A DNA stretch of 64,000 nt from Azolla caroliniana (GCA_043228905.1 JBHGNT010000002.1:5456001-5520000); one strand, 5' to 3'; shown: positions 39,008-52,081, numbered from the stretch's first letter. Translations and numbers: made by a program. The notes: generated by a model from the sequence alone, not told the origin.

Positions 39008-39422
39008 ATGGCAGCATCTTCATCTATCAAGCCGATCATCCCGGCATTGACGGGGCAAGCATTGCGTCGGTGGACGATTCTCGATCCGTCCATCCCAACC
39101 AACATTTTTGCCCAATATCGGCCCTATGCATCCGATGTCTATGCTTACACTACTTGGGTCCCAACCCTCGTGTTTGGTGCATATTGGCTTGCTCAGGTAC
39201 TTTGATCCTAAATTGTACTATGTTAATTTTTAAATCTCTTACTTAAATCCATCAATTTATTATCTAAAATATCAAATAGTTTATGATTATAAAATGTTGT
39301 AATAATAACATGTGTGTGTGTGTGTGTGTGTGTTGGGTTAGCCTGAAGAAGGGAGGTGGAATGAGAGCTTGAGGGAGGCTTTGCTCCATCCCTTCACACT
39401 CCACCCTTTCACCCACACATAA
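39008..39422 (+). CDS. Small membrane protein resembling cytochrome bc1 subunit 10 (QCR10/UCRY-like). Exon 1 39008-39196, tentative exon 2 39342-39422
   Basis: GC-richer ORF with aatATGG start ending ...RPYASDVYAYTTWVPTLVFGAYWLAQ at a CAG|GTAC donor. Resembles the plant QCR10 pattern D..A...W......GA.W..Q followed by P. Exon 2 is tentative. Confidence 0.45.
39311..39332. repeat. (TG)n microsatellite
   Basis: 11 TG units. Confidence 0.95.
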
Positions 39423-39957
39423 CTAGTAGAACTACTTAAATGATCTATCTAATATTGCCGCTATCATCAAAATCAAAAGGGCACCTAGTTAATCAAATCA
39501 ATCAATATATGCTGGTATTGATAATCTAGTTGGCCGACATAGAAACATTTATACTAGTGTCGGTCAAGAGAAACTATCAACTATTATGTCTATGCATAAT
39601 AATATAAATAGTTGTCTAGTTTTATGAGACTCAATTGAAAGGGATCCGAAGTTTGCTTTCCAAAGGACTCGTTATCATTTGGAATTTCAAATTCAATTGT
39701 TTGTTCAGAGTTGCCAACTTCAAATTAAATTATACCGTTGTATCCGTTAATGCCACAATCTCATATGTTGGCATCAAATGTATAACTTTCGGTGTGTGTC
39801 ACCATCTGTCATCATATTGTGTAAACTTAGTAGTGAAGTGATATTATAAAGAATTTGATAAACCTTGTTATAAATATGCAATTTTAATTACAAAGATTTA
39901 GTAATCACAAGCGGAATGTGAAACACAAGTATGCTAAGATAAGAAGTTGCTCGAATT

Positions 39958-40190
39958 AAGGGTTTTATTGATCATTATTGTTGATTGATATTGCATTCCA
40001 CGAGTGTATACATCGATGAAATGAAAGATATTCTCAAAGATGAGTGCATTGATTGATACACTTGCCAAGTTAAAACAAATTAAGATTAAGGGTTTTATTA
40101 ATAATTATTGTTGATTAATATTGCATTCCACAAGTGTATACATTGATGATGAAGCAACAAAGTTATTGTCAAAGATGCGTGCATTTAATT
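39958..40190. repeat. Two ~130-bp imperfect tandem copies
   Basis: aagggttttatt..t.attattgttgatt.atattgcattccac.agtgtatacat at ~39958 and ~40088. Confidence 0.8.
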
Positions 40191-42049
40191 GATCATTTTG
40201 TGGGAGCTAACTTTTGAGGATTTGAAATTGAATTGCTAGCTATATTGCTAGATATTTCCATTTGCATACTAGTGTTGAGGTGGGAGTAATTTCAAAATGT
40301 ATGATCCTAGTTCCTTTTTATTGCCCTCTTCTAGTTTTCCTAGTCATTTAGGTGCCAAATGGGCAGGAGTTGTGTGCGTAAAAACCTAATGTCATTTGTG
40401 ATGATGTATGGTATGATGTGAGTGAAGTATGTATGGTGCAAGGTCCTATGATGTAATTTTATGGTGTGGTGCTTGGTCTTTTGAATGATGCAATGGGAAA
40501 TCAATGTATTGCGTTTGCCACCCATCTCTTGATTGTTACATTGTCCATCACCTATTGGCACATAATTGGTGTCTTATTAGTTCATGTGGTCAATGATAAG
40601 GATCAAGAACCATTACCCATCTCCCTCATTGTAAATTTGTAATGAGCTCAATGCCGATTATGTGGTTACACAGGTGCAAGGCATTGTTGCCATTTACTTG
40701 ATGTCCACAATGCTTGAACTTAATAACAAAAATATCCATGCTATTTTTCTATGGTTGGTGGCCTAATGTGGTAAATTTATGTTCATTTGTATCGTTATAC
40801 CATAGCTAGTTTGTAGACTTTCACAAGAATCACCAGATAGTTTTGTATCGGAAAAATGTGCCCCCTTCCTAGATTCATATATGTTGCACCTAATTATAAA
40901 ACCCTGTTCTTGGTTGAATGGGGAACATATCAATACATATTAGAGCCCATCCAATTGTTTGCTATTTGAAATATTGCGTCCATGTTGTTGCACAAGTTAT
41001 CAGAGTGAAGTTGATTGTAGATACTTTTCCCTAAACAAGTTTGGGAGTCTCTCTCACACACATACCCTATAAGGCCCAAGTTAGACTCCTTCGAGAGAGA
41101 AAGGGGAAACTCCTTTTTCTATTCGTGGATGCCTAAGAAGCAAGCTCAAATGGTTAGCATGCATCTCTCAAATTTCGCCTACGATGAACTTGGGCGATGA
41201 CAAGTGTTGGTTTCATTTGTGTAGTAGTTGGGCTAGAATTGTAATAAAAAACTTTTCATTGTTGAAAAACAAGAACAAAGTAAAACACCTGCCTTTTTTG
41301 GTATTTGCTCTATAGTATGAATTTAAAATCTAGGGGTATTATTAGATATATTGATCGCTACAAAGTAGTATTTTTTATTAGAAGCTTGCAAGTTTATTGT
41401 GTTTTACTCGAACCAAAATCCAAACATTTTAAGTTTCCTAAACTTGTTTTACATTGCTACAAAGTCCTTGGAAATGTGGACATTTTGATGTCTAAATATG
41501 CCAAAAGAATGCTTACATTGAAATGTTGCACAATGTATATAAACATGTATGTTTATTTTGTAGGATATACTAAAGACGGTCTCTTTATAGAATAACGTAT
41601 GTATAGGAATTTTCAAAATAAATGCTCTCCTAATCCTTAATTGTGTAAAATTTACAAGCACATGTTTGATGAGTATTAATAACGTTCATTGACACTAAGG
41701 ATGTCCACACTAGAGCAAAATATATCCTTCTAATAAAATAATGTGTAAAGTTTGAACTATAAGATATGGAGATTTATTGATGAATATATCCTTCTAATAC
41801 ATACGTACATACATATGTATATATACTTCACACCTAGAATGAATATGGAGGCATCTCACTTCATAATTTAGTATGAGAGAAGTATGTATGTAGCTATTTA
41901 TCTTATGTTGATTGAAGATCCAAATTTATATATATTTTCTCCATAAGTATCCTTCCCAAATTGGGGTTTCTTCAAAAGAGTTCATCCTAGATCTATGGCA
42001 TTTATATGAAGAAACGAGGACAAAACAAAAACGAATTCTCTCACATATT

Positions 42050-42420
42050 GCTTTGATACCAATTCATGAACATTAATAGATTGGATCAACAATTGAAGAT
42101 GATTCCAACATTCTAATCAAGTAGTTGTTACCTAGATGCCTTTTATTCATTTATCATATCATATGGTAAAATCTTTTATTTAAACTTGGGGTTTTTATTG
42201 TAAATTCATAAGTAAATTTAGAAAAGAAAGGCATCGAATCTCATAATTGTGTGTGTGAGCATTCATATTGCTTGGAGTTTAAGTTTGCGAATGAGAAATA
42301 TGTTGCTACAACCAACAATATTAGAGAAGTTTGATAAGAACATTTATATTTCTCCAAAATCAAAGTTGAGATGTATTTGCATTTACAAGTACTTTGGGAT
42401 GTTGTTGAGAAAGGCGATGC
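42050..42420. mobile_element. Copia debris (PBS-like site and gag N-terminal motif)
   Basis: gctttgatacca at 42050-42061 (reverse complement TGGTATCAAAGC, tRNA-Met PBS-like) and plus-strand KVEMYLHLQVLWDVVEKG at ~42362-42415. Confidence 0.35.
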
Positions 42421-43695
42421 TTTGATGCAAGGCAAAGTTAAGTTTGGAAAAAGGTGCCAAAATAATAATATTGCTTGAACTAAAAGTATGAACATAACAA
42501 GATTATGATGATATGATAATGTTATTTGTGTGCCAAGATGTATAATATTGGAACTATTAGAAATAGGAATGTGATTGTTGAAGTGGATGGAGCCATCATG
42601 GCCATCTCCCCCCAATGGATTGGTGGTAAAGAAGGAGACCAAAAAGAAAAGAAAAAGAAAAATAATGAAATTGATTTTCGATTAAGAGAGTGCATGTATT
42701 GCAAATTGCAATGTATGGTAATCCAAGTAAGAAACCAACCCTCCAACTATGTCAAAATACAACACAACACAGTTTGCAATCACACAGAGAGGTGGATGAT
42801 CACAACCTTTTAACTCAGTTCAATGGTGATGTGGGGCCATCAACGTGGATTCAAATCATATTCAAACAAGCTCGTTTGAAGAATATAGTTATAGGACTAC
42901 ATAGTTGGGAAGTGGACCTTTAGAAATCATATTAAGAAGGTGCATATTTATGGCCACACTAATGTTATAAACCTATTTATGGCCACACTAATGTTATAAA
43001 CCAAAACGAAAATGGACTTCTTTTTAGCTTTACTTCCGTATGTTTGTTAATCTCTCTCTCTCGATCTTTGTATTATTCCCTATGTCTTGATAAGTGTTAA
43101 TTATCATATTCTAGCTTGAATTGAGAGTGTAGGTTAATTGCACGATATTGATTGGGAGTTTATAGACAATATTAGATTGTAGTGATTGTGTTGCCTAGTC
43201 AACATAGGAAGATTAATATTACATCGACTTGACTAAATTAAAATCATCTCTTCGTTTATTGATCTTATGATTGCTAAACATTAGAACAAGTAAGAAAACT
43301 AGGCCACAACATTAATGTAACAGAGTGCTTATATATCTTCTCAGCCAGAGTCGTTAACCATCGATAAAAAAAACATAAATCATATTTTGTTCTTGAATAT
43401 GAAGACTCGATGACTTTGAGCAAACTCGAAGTGTGTGCCCCGAATTGAACTTCATTACGAATATTTCGTTCATCCATCGAGCTCGATGTTTTGACTGATG
43501 ATTCTCTTCGATCAAAGCATGAATACTCTCGAAACAATCAAAGCATGAATACTCGAAACTAAGGTGTTAAATGCGACATGACCATTATTCATGGAACCCG
43601 AAAAGAGAGGAAAAAAAGACACAACGTGATCGCAACAAAGCCCCGGAAATATGTAGAAGTGGAGGTAGTTTTCTTATCATTGAATATCCAATTTC

Positions 43696-43859
43696 TCAAA
43701 CTAAGGTTTAGGGTTTAGAGTGGCAATGCCAGGTATCGATGACAATAATCAAACTAAGGTTTAGGGTTTAGAGTAGCCATGCCATGGATTGATGACAACA
43801 ATCAAACTAAGGTTTAGGGGTTTAGGGTTTAGGGCGGCCATGCCAAGGATCGACGACAA
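43696..43859. repeat. 3 x 53-bp tandem units containing telomeric TTTAGGG motifs
   Basis: tcaaactaaggtttaggg... at 43696, 43749 and 43802. Confidence 0.9.
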
Positions 43860-44202
43860 AGAATAAGATTTTTAGGGTTTTTTGTGTGGAGAGTTTCTTT
43901 GTTTCTTCTCTATCCAAAATCAATGGTCCCAAGTATTAAATAAAATTCAAATAAATATTAATTAGTTATTTATTATGCTTATATATATATATATATTGTT
44001 TTACTTATTTATTTATTTGCCTTTATATACATATGTATATATGTACATATATACACATAAAATCTAATAAATATGTATCTAATTAGTTATTTATAATAAT
44101 AAATTATAATAATAATATTTTCTAGGTTTTTGTCTTTATCTTTATGTATATCTGACTATAAGTATATAATTATATATATATAAATAAAAATTAGCAAATA
44201 AT

Positions 44203-44233
<31 letters not shown>

Positions 44234-44344
44234 TAGCATATAATTATTTGCTAATTTTGATTTATTTCATATACATATGTATTGAAATAACAGACGCTCT
44301 GTGCGAATTCTCTCAGAAACGATTTTGCAGGAAGCTCCCCAGAG

Positions 44345-45192
44345 GTACGTTTCTGCTCTCATTAGGGTTAGTAGTTAGGGTTTAATGGTTAGGGTCTTTT
44401 AGTTTCCTTCTAGGGTTTGGACTGTTCCCTTTTTCTGTTTCCATTGCCTTTCGAGTTTAGGGTTTTGGTATTTTGCTGTTTTTGTTTTTTGTTTCCATTA
44501 GGTTTGTGGACTTTTTTTTGCTCTCTATTGTCGCTGCCTTTTGTGTTTAGGGATTTGTCTTTATGGCTTCGTTTTCGTTAGGGCTTTGGCTGTTAGAGTC
44601 ACAGGTGCATATCTGTTTCCATTAGGGTTTAGAGTTAGGGTTAGGGTTTTAGCTTTAGTGCCACGTCTCTGGATACGTTATAATTAAGCTTAGTTGGCGT
44701 TAGGTCGAGTGTGAGTTTTAGCGTTAGGCTTAGTGTTTCAGCGTTACAGGCACGTCTCCGTTTTCATTTTGAATTAGGCTTAAGATCAGGGTTTTGGAGA
44801 AAGGTGGGGCAGTAGATCATTAGGGTTTTGGCTTTACTGTTACAGTTTCCTATTGTATCACTCTTTGGATTCGGTTAAAATTTTAGCTTTACAGCCATTT
44901 TTTTCTTGATAATGTATGTGCTACTATGCTATATTCATTTTTCTTTTTAGCATTTTCAATACAAGATTGAATGTCATGTAGTAATACCCATAGATTGTTA
45001 GGATTTGGTTTTCACCTACGTTTTTCTATAAAATGAGTATTAGGCTTAAGGTATTGGCTTTACAGTTACATTTTCTTATGAGGTTTGGTATATAGTTAGT
45101 CCTAAAGGTTTTAGCTTTATAGTTAATTTTCCTGTCAAACTTAAGGTTTTCCTTCTCTGTTTTTGTTAAAGAAGGTCTACACTGTTGTACAG
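44345..45192 (+). other. Probable 5' UTR intron of the USP gene, rich in degenerate TTAGGG motifs
   Basis: Donor AGAG|GTACGT at 44345 and acceptor TGTACAG at 45192, 28 nt before the ATG. Many ttaggg/tagggtt motifs in between. Confidence 0.6.
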
Positions 45193-45220
45193 ATTATATT
45201 ATTTTGAAATTAAATCCGAG

Positions 45221-45889
45221 ATGGAATCTCAAGTTGTGAATCGAAAGGTGGCAATAGCTGTAGATCTAAGTGATGAGAGTGCCTATGCTGTCCGATGGGC
45301 CGTGGCAAATTATCTTCGACCTTCCGATACTGTTATTCTTCTCCATGTTCAACCCACAAGTATTCTCTATGGTGCTGATTGGGGTGCCATGGAGCAATCA
45401 GTCGATTTTGGTGATAATAAACAAGCCCAACAACAAAGCTTCGATGACCTAACCTCAAGCAAAGCATCGGATCTTTCTAAACCCATCCTTGATGCCAAGA
45501 TTCCTCTCAAGATTCACATTGTGAAAGACCATGATATGAAGGAGAGGATATGTCTTGAAGTTGAAAGGCTTGGTGTGAATGCAGTCATTATGGGTAGCCG
45601 AGGATTTGGTGCTGTCAAGAAATCACATAAGGCACGCTTGGGAAGTGTCAGTGATTATTGTGTTCATCATTGTGATTGCCCTGTTGTGGTAGTTCGCTTT
45701 CCCGATGAGGAAAAACAAGCTTGTGGGTTCCAAAAGCTCAGTGAGAATGAAGAAAAGGGAGAGAAAGAGAAAGGAGAAGGAAAGAAGAAAGCAGAAGAGA
45801 TTATTGATTCTTCTTCAAATGAGATTTCTCAGGAGGACAAATATGAGAATGGGAGTGCAAAGAAGATTAGGGCTGATGTGGAAGCATAA
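45221..45889 (+). CDS. Universal stress protein A-like (PHOS32/PHOS34-like), 222 aa, single coding exon
   Basis: RKVAIAVDLSDESAYAVRWAVANYLRP, LYGADWG, KIHIVKDHDMKERICLEVERLG, IMGSRGFGA...LGSVSDYCVHHCDCPVVVVRF. Charged C-terminal tail. Confidence 0.93.
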   Translation: MESQVVNRKVAIAVDLSDESAYAVRWAVANYLRPSDTVILLHVQPTSILYGADWGAMEQSVDFGDNKQAQQQSFDDLTSSKASDLSKPILDAKIPLKIHIVKDHDMKERICLEVERLGVNAVIMGSRGFGAVKKSHKARLGSVSDYCVHHCDCPVVVVRFPDEEKQACGFQKLSENEEKGEKEKGEGKKKAEEIIDSSSNEISQEDKYENGSAKKIRADVEA

Positions 45890-48020
45890 TGTATGGTGCT
45901 TTCCCGCGTGGCAAAAAGCCAATCAACAATGAAAACTAGGGTCTGTTTTCAGCTTGCACTCGAGTGTCATGAACTCAGATTGATGAACAAATGTAGGTTT
46001 TGTGTTTTTGATGTTTACTTTCTTTCGAGTACAGTGATCGATTGGTAGTCAATAAGTCATTGCCACCGGCGCTGGTATCTCTGTAAAGCTGTATGGTGAA
46101 CTTCGAACATTTTCTTTCTTTTTGCTTAGGTGTAAAACTCTAATCATGTTTTGCTTCAATGACTTCTTCCTAGGAGATTCCCACCAACCTCTCTATTTTT
46201 GCTCTTGTTTCTCAAATGCTAGTTATTTTGATGGAAACCCCATATTTGAGGATGTCTTGGATGTTTTCCCACTAGAATTTTGATATTTTGAAGAATGGTA
46301 GAGAAACATCTTGGAGAAGGATTTGTGTTGTTTGGTAGATGTATTTATTTTAAAGAGTAAATAATTGATCCAGAGGATTAATGTTCAGGTTTTTCTGATT
46401 AGTTGTTTGATAAAGTAATTGGTCCCTTTGTTGAAGTGTAAGTTTAGTTCTGTTATTCTCATTGTTTGTAGTTGACAAGTTGTGCAATGAAATGGTTGTT
46501 TGAACATTTGAAGGGACAGAAGAATGGGTCCCATGCTTGAGGATTGAATTTGTTAGTGATCTCTTTATTAGTTGTGGCTCTTTGGTGAATGTTTGTCAAC
46601 CCATTTGAAGAAGTAGAAGGGATGGGTTCCATTATTATCCTTGTCAGTTTTCACATTGGTTTGGTTTGGTTTGGCTTGATGCATGGCTTCAATTAGCTCT
46701 TATGTATACTCTATTTTTCTTCACATCAGTGCAAAATGGAGTGTGTTGAACTATTCCCAGGTTTTGTTCTTCCATTTTCCTAGTAATTTTGGATTGATGT
46801 TTGGAAGGATGGATCCAAGGAGTCGTAAGTAAAGCCTTTTCCTAATGGACTCCCTATTGACCTTATCCTAATTGCAGCATGTTCATTATTGATATGTGTG
46901 TTTCGCCATTCATCATGTCTCTATTCTTCGTTTGATTTACGTTGTCTGTGCAATTTTCCATTTACCAACATCGCCTTATTATTATTCTTATTATTATTGG
47001 GTCTATCATTGAATCTCTCACAAGTTGATTGTGGTTATGAGTCATGACTATTGAAGGTTTCCCCTATTTGAAGTTCCAACATAAGTTGAGATGGAATTGT
47101 TCTCTTATTTGGCTCCATTGGTTCAAGAGAAATGCATATGTGAATGTGGTTTGAGAGGGTGAAGAAGTGGATCCAACATCGAAACAAGGTGCATAGTTCC
47201 CTCTCGCAAGCAGATTTTTTTAGGGATCTTAATAGATGCTCGTGTCGGAAGCATGTTCTTAAGTACCCATTCATTCTTGCAATGAGTTCTTTTTTAACCC
47301 ATTCCTTTTGAGTTTGGACCATTTTGTGATAATTAATTATGTAAATTGTGTCCATGATCGATGTACATGAATTTGGCATTTCTCTAAAAATATTGTGTAC
47401 TTAGCCCTCTCTTTATCTTGGATCCTTAGGCAACATGTAACCTACATGATTCCATCAACTCTTAAAATTCCAAGACCGTCAAGGCACATCCAATACCACA
47501 AAGAAATCAATCATGACTAGCCTCTCACTTTTCCATAAAAAATCAAACCTAAAAATCTATTATATCTAAAACTTTCCATAAAGAATTACATGTGTGCTTT
47601 TTGGCCCTTTTGTGTATTTACTGGGCTCTTCATCTTCACAAGTACACATTCTTAAGAACAAATATATTTGCACACACATATACCTTGTTACTTCAATAGT
47701 AGTTGGAAAAGTTATGATGAAATGAGAATCAAGGAAGAATATATTGTAAGTGGAAGGGAGCACACAAGGGAAAATTAGAATAGCCGACGTGTATTGAAAG
47801 ATGATTTCCTAGAATGCACTTGACTCTGAGTACTCCATGTTGTCTATATAGACAAGTACCCTCCCCATGCTAAAAAAGCCCCTTGGTAAAGAAGTCCTAG
47901 AGAGCTAAGAAGACTTCTGAAACATAGGGTAGGGAAACACAACACTTATTGTTGGATATCCGAAATTAGGTCCAAACTATTTTGGTGTGGCTCCTTCGTA
48001 ACAACAATAGAGAGATTTGT

Positions 48021-48067
48021 AGAAAGAAAGAAAGATATATTAACGTCTTCTAAGTCCAAAATTGGCC
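48021..48067 (-). repeat. Dispersed hairpin + (CTTT)n repeat, copy B
   Basis: Reverse complement reads ggccaattttggacttagaagacgttaatatatctttctttctttct, nearly identical to 5173-5230. Confidence 0.75.
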
Positions 48068-48180
48068 ATTTATCCCTATGGTAGACATCTCTGACATGTC
48101 TGGAGAAGCATCAATCGAGGGAGATATTCTTCGCAAATGTTCAAAGAATAAAACCACCACCTGTAGTACTAAGTAAGTAC

Positions 48181-48302
48181 TAACAATTGGCAACGGTTCG
48201 GTTTGAGAGTGTCAAAACCGAACCGTTTAAAAAATGTGAATCTTGAACTAAAGTGAACCGTTTAAACCGTTAAGACGTGGTTTGAACCGTTGCTGACTGT
48301 TA
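48181..48302. mobile_element. 122-bp hAT-type MITE upstream of the NRL gene
   Basis: TIRs TAACAATTGGCAACGGTTC and GAACCGTTGCTGACTGTTA. Flanks GTAAGTAC (48173-48180) and GTAAATAC (48303-48310) form an 8-bp TSD with one mismatch. Internal AACCG motifs. Confidence 0.75.
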
Positions 48303-48530
48303 GTAAATACCATAACATTGCTTGAGAGGAGGAGGAGGGGTAATGCTTGTAAATAATTAAAAGAAGAAGAAGAAGAAGCAACCAAAGGAGGGGTAGTCTC
48401 CCCTAATTAATAAAACAGCCAATTTCAGCAAATTTCTGTCTGTTTTGATGCTCCCCCCTAAATATAGTTAAAGATGGCTGTTTTTAGTTGTATTTGCAGT
48501 GTTAGTTTTCTTACCAGAAGAAGAAAGAAT

Positions 48531-48580
48531 GAAGAAGAAGAAGAAGAATTTCTTCTTCTTCTTCTTCTTCTTCTTCTTCT
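48531..48580. repeat. Inverted microsatellite (GAA)6-T-(TTC)n
   Basis: The GAA tract directly abuts its reverse complement. Confidence 0.9.
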
Positions 48581-48886
48581 TTGTTTCCACACCTATGATG
48601 ATGAATATAATGAAGAAACAGGGCATCAAAGTAACATAGCCATGATTTTTTCTTCTCCCATTATTTACGGTTGCAATGAACAGTCTCATTAGTTAGTAGG
48701 CCCTTCTCTGAGTTTGGGTTTGGGGACCCCCCCTCTCTTTCGTTCTTCTTCCTACTCTTCATTAATAACAAGTAAAAGAAGAAGAAGAAGAAGTAGAAAG
48801 AAAGACTCAAAAGTCTTATTGCAACAAACATATTCACATATATACTTTTTTCTTTAGATCATATATATATATATGTATGTATATAT

Positions 48887-48887
<1 letters not shown>

Positions 48888-48916
<29 letters not shown>
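48888..48916. repeat. (CA)n microsatellite
   Basis: CA run about 70 bp upstream of the NRL ATG. Confidence 0.95.
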
Positions 48917-48919
<3 letters not shown>

Positions 48920-48988
48920 GGTAGCTTCTCGTAAATTTTCTTATGTTCCATTCATTCTTCTCTTGTAAATAAATGCTGGAGAAAAACC

Positions 48989-51900
48989 ATGCAGTTCTTG
49001 AAGCTTGGATCCAAACAAGACTTCTTTTACTGTGATGGAGATATCAACATGTAAGTATTTCTTCCTTTCTCTTCTTATTGCTTCATTTATTTTGGTGTTT
49101 TATGAAGATAGATTCTTTGTACTTACGTATGTATGCATTATATATTGTCAAAGTATTTGCATCTCTCATTATGTATGCGTTGGGGAGAAACGTTTCTCCT
49201 TAGGATTCATTATTTGTTGGGTAAATGGTGATCAATTGTCTTGCTCTTTGAGTAGTGATTTTGCTTTCCTTAAAATTCATACACTATTGGGTCATTTCTC
49301 TATTGGAAAGAATTTTTGTCCTTCTGTAATTGGCGGAGTTTTCTGTTCCTTAGTATTTTCTATTGGGAAATGCAATTTATTCATTGTGTTGTTTTCTGAG
49401 GAGAGTTTCTCTTACTTCTGCTATTACTATTGTCTATTAGAAAATATTATAACTCCCTGTTCTGTTTTCGGATTTTGTAGAGCTGTGGATAGTGAGCTTC
49501 CTAGTGATGTCGTGTTTGTTGTGGAAGGGAAGAGGTTTCATCTACATAAGGTATGTCCTTCACAGTAACATCATATGATATATTTAATTCATTATTAACC
49601 CTCATTTTTTTTATAACAGAACCTTTTTATAACATCACATGACTTCTTATGCATGTTTTTTATGATGAAGCTCAATTACCTAATTTCTTTCTTTCTTTTT
49701 GTATGTATCTATGAACCTTCATGATGAATCTCAAGCTTGTTTATTTAATGTATGTTGTACTATTTATCATGTATTCTAATGTTTATATCCATGAGAATAT
49801 AAGGAATTCCTTGACATAAGATACATTAACATGTTCTCGTGTCTTACTATTTGTGGTGCAATGTGCAATCATAACTCTTAGAAATATGCAACGAGTGTAT
49901 AGTAATGGATTTTTGACTTATTTGTTTCTTTTTTATCAGTCATGTTGAATCTCACGTATGTATACCGATCATGTATGCATACATTGTGTTTGGAATAATG
50001 TATATAACATATTGCATAGTAAATTACAGGACATTAGACTTTATTGTTGAAGTGAGTTTATTTAGCTCAACTAATCTAGTTTTTTTTTCTTCACTTCCAG
50101 TACCCTTTGCTGACAAAATGTGGCTATCTTCAGAGCTTGGCAACGCAAAAGAATATAAATAATGAAATAAGCATCGAGGACATCCCCGGTGGCTATAAAT
50201 CTTTTGAGCTCTGTGCCAAGTTTTGCTATGGAATTGTGATAACCCTACATGCATTCAATGTGATGGCTGTGCGTTGTGCATCTGAGTATCTTCAGATGAC
50301 AGAATCTTTAGAAAAAGGAAATCTTGGGTACAAAATAGAAATGTTTTTGAACTCAATTGTGTTTCAGAGTTGGAAGGACTGTATGATTAGCCTACAGTGT
50401 ACGACGTCCCTACAGCCTTGGGCCGAAGATCTAAACCTAGTTAATGGATGCATCAATTCGATAACTTTTAAAGCATGTATGGATCATTCTACATCACCAT
50501 CAAATAAGACAAATGATTCACTCTTTGATGACTTTACTTCTCATTGGAATGACATGCAAGTGATTGAGAATCATGGTGATTCTAAAGATTGGTGGATGAA
50601 AGATGTTTGTGAGCTGGATATCGATCTTTTTCAGCGAGTATTGTTAGCTATTAAATCTACAGGTAGAATGACTTCTGAACTAATTGGGAAATCTCTTAGA
50701 ATATATGCATATAGGTGGCTCCCAGGTCTATCTCGCAATCAAAACTTGATGGAAACAATACAACGAGGTATTCAAGGTGCTTGTGATGATTCTCTTGAGA
50801 CTTTGACAAAGCACAAGCTTTTATTAGAGACTATAGTTGGTCTCCTGCCCTCCGAAAAGGGCTCAACCTCATGTAGCTTTCTATTAAAACTACTTAAGGC
50901 TGCAAATTTATTGTTTGTTACACCATCCACAAAAATGGAACTTGTGAGAAGGATAGGTATGCAGTTGGAAGAAGCATCTTTGAATGATTTATTCATTCCT
51001 TCACTATCTTATGCCAGTGATTCTTTGTATGATGTGGAGCTGGTTCAGTGTATTGTGGAACATTATGTGATGCATTTAAACTCTCCATTGAGTCCATACA
51101 ATAGATGTATGACTCCATCAGGTGAGCATTTCGATTTGTTTGATAAGGAAAGTTCCAAATGTGTGATGCACGGATCTGAGCTGAGAGTCGCAAAGCTTAT
51201 CGATGGATATCTGGCTGAAATAGCACGGGATTCGAACCTGGTGCTGGAAACGTTCATCGCACTTGCTGAACTGATCCCTGATTCAGCAAGGCCAATGCAT
51301 GACGACCTCTACGGTGCAATCGATATCTACTTGAAGGTTAGACAATATTCCTGATAAGTTATTTGTTCATTGACATGATGATGCCCAAAATGTTGATCAA
51401 ATGATGTATATAAATATGTATGTAATGTAGATGTAGGTCTAACCTGATATAAAATGATAAATTGTTTGTCTAATGTAAGGTAGAACATCCGTTTCCTGAT
51501 CTGAATCTGATGTTATATAAACATATCACTAAGGGTTTATAAACTAGTATATCTAACGGTATATAAAATGGTGTACCTAATATTTATAATGATATATAAA
51601 ATGATGTATCCAATGGTATATAAATGTTATATCTAATGGTATCCAATTTTAATGTTCATCTGATAGTATATTACACAATATATCTAATGTATCCAATAGT
51701 ATATAAAATATATCTAAGTTTAATGTTTATCTGATGATATATACACAATGATATACAACTGTTGATGGTCTATTCTCAGGAGCATCCAGGGATGACAAAA
51801 AATGAGAAGAAGAAGCTATGCAGGCTGATGGATTGCAAGAAGTTATCCATCAATGCTTGTATGCATGCTGCACAAAATGATCGTCTCCCACTCAGAGTAG

Positions 51901-52047
51901 TCGTCCAAGTTCTGTTCTTTGAGCAAGCAAGGACTGCCATGACACGCAGAGGGTACAATTCGAGGCATAATCATCATCATCTCCCAGGCAATAATATTAT
52001 GGCCCTCATGCCTCCACCTCATGTATTGCATTGTAATCATGATGATG

Positions 52048-52081
<34 letters not shown>

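Noticed and set aside
42944-43002. 29-bp exact direct repeat
   Set aside because: Isolated two-copy duplication with no context suggesting function.
51440-51760. Degenerate AT-rich ~25-bp repeats in NRL intron 3
   Set aside because: Low-complexity intronic minisatellite with no further structure.
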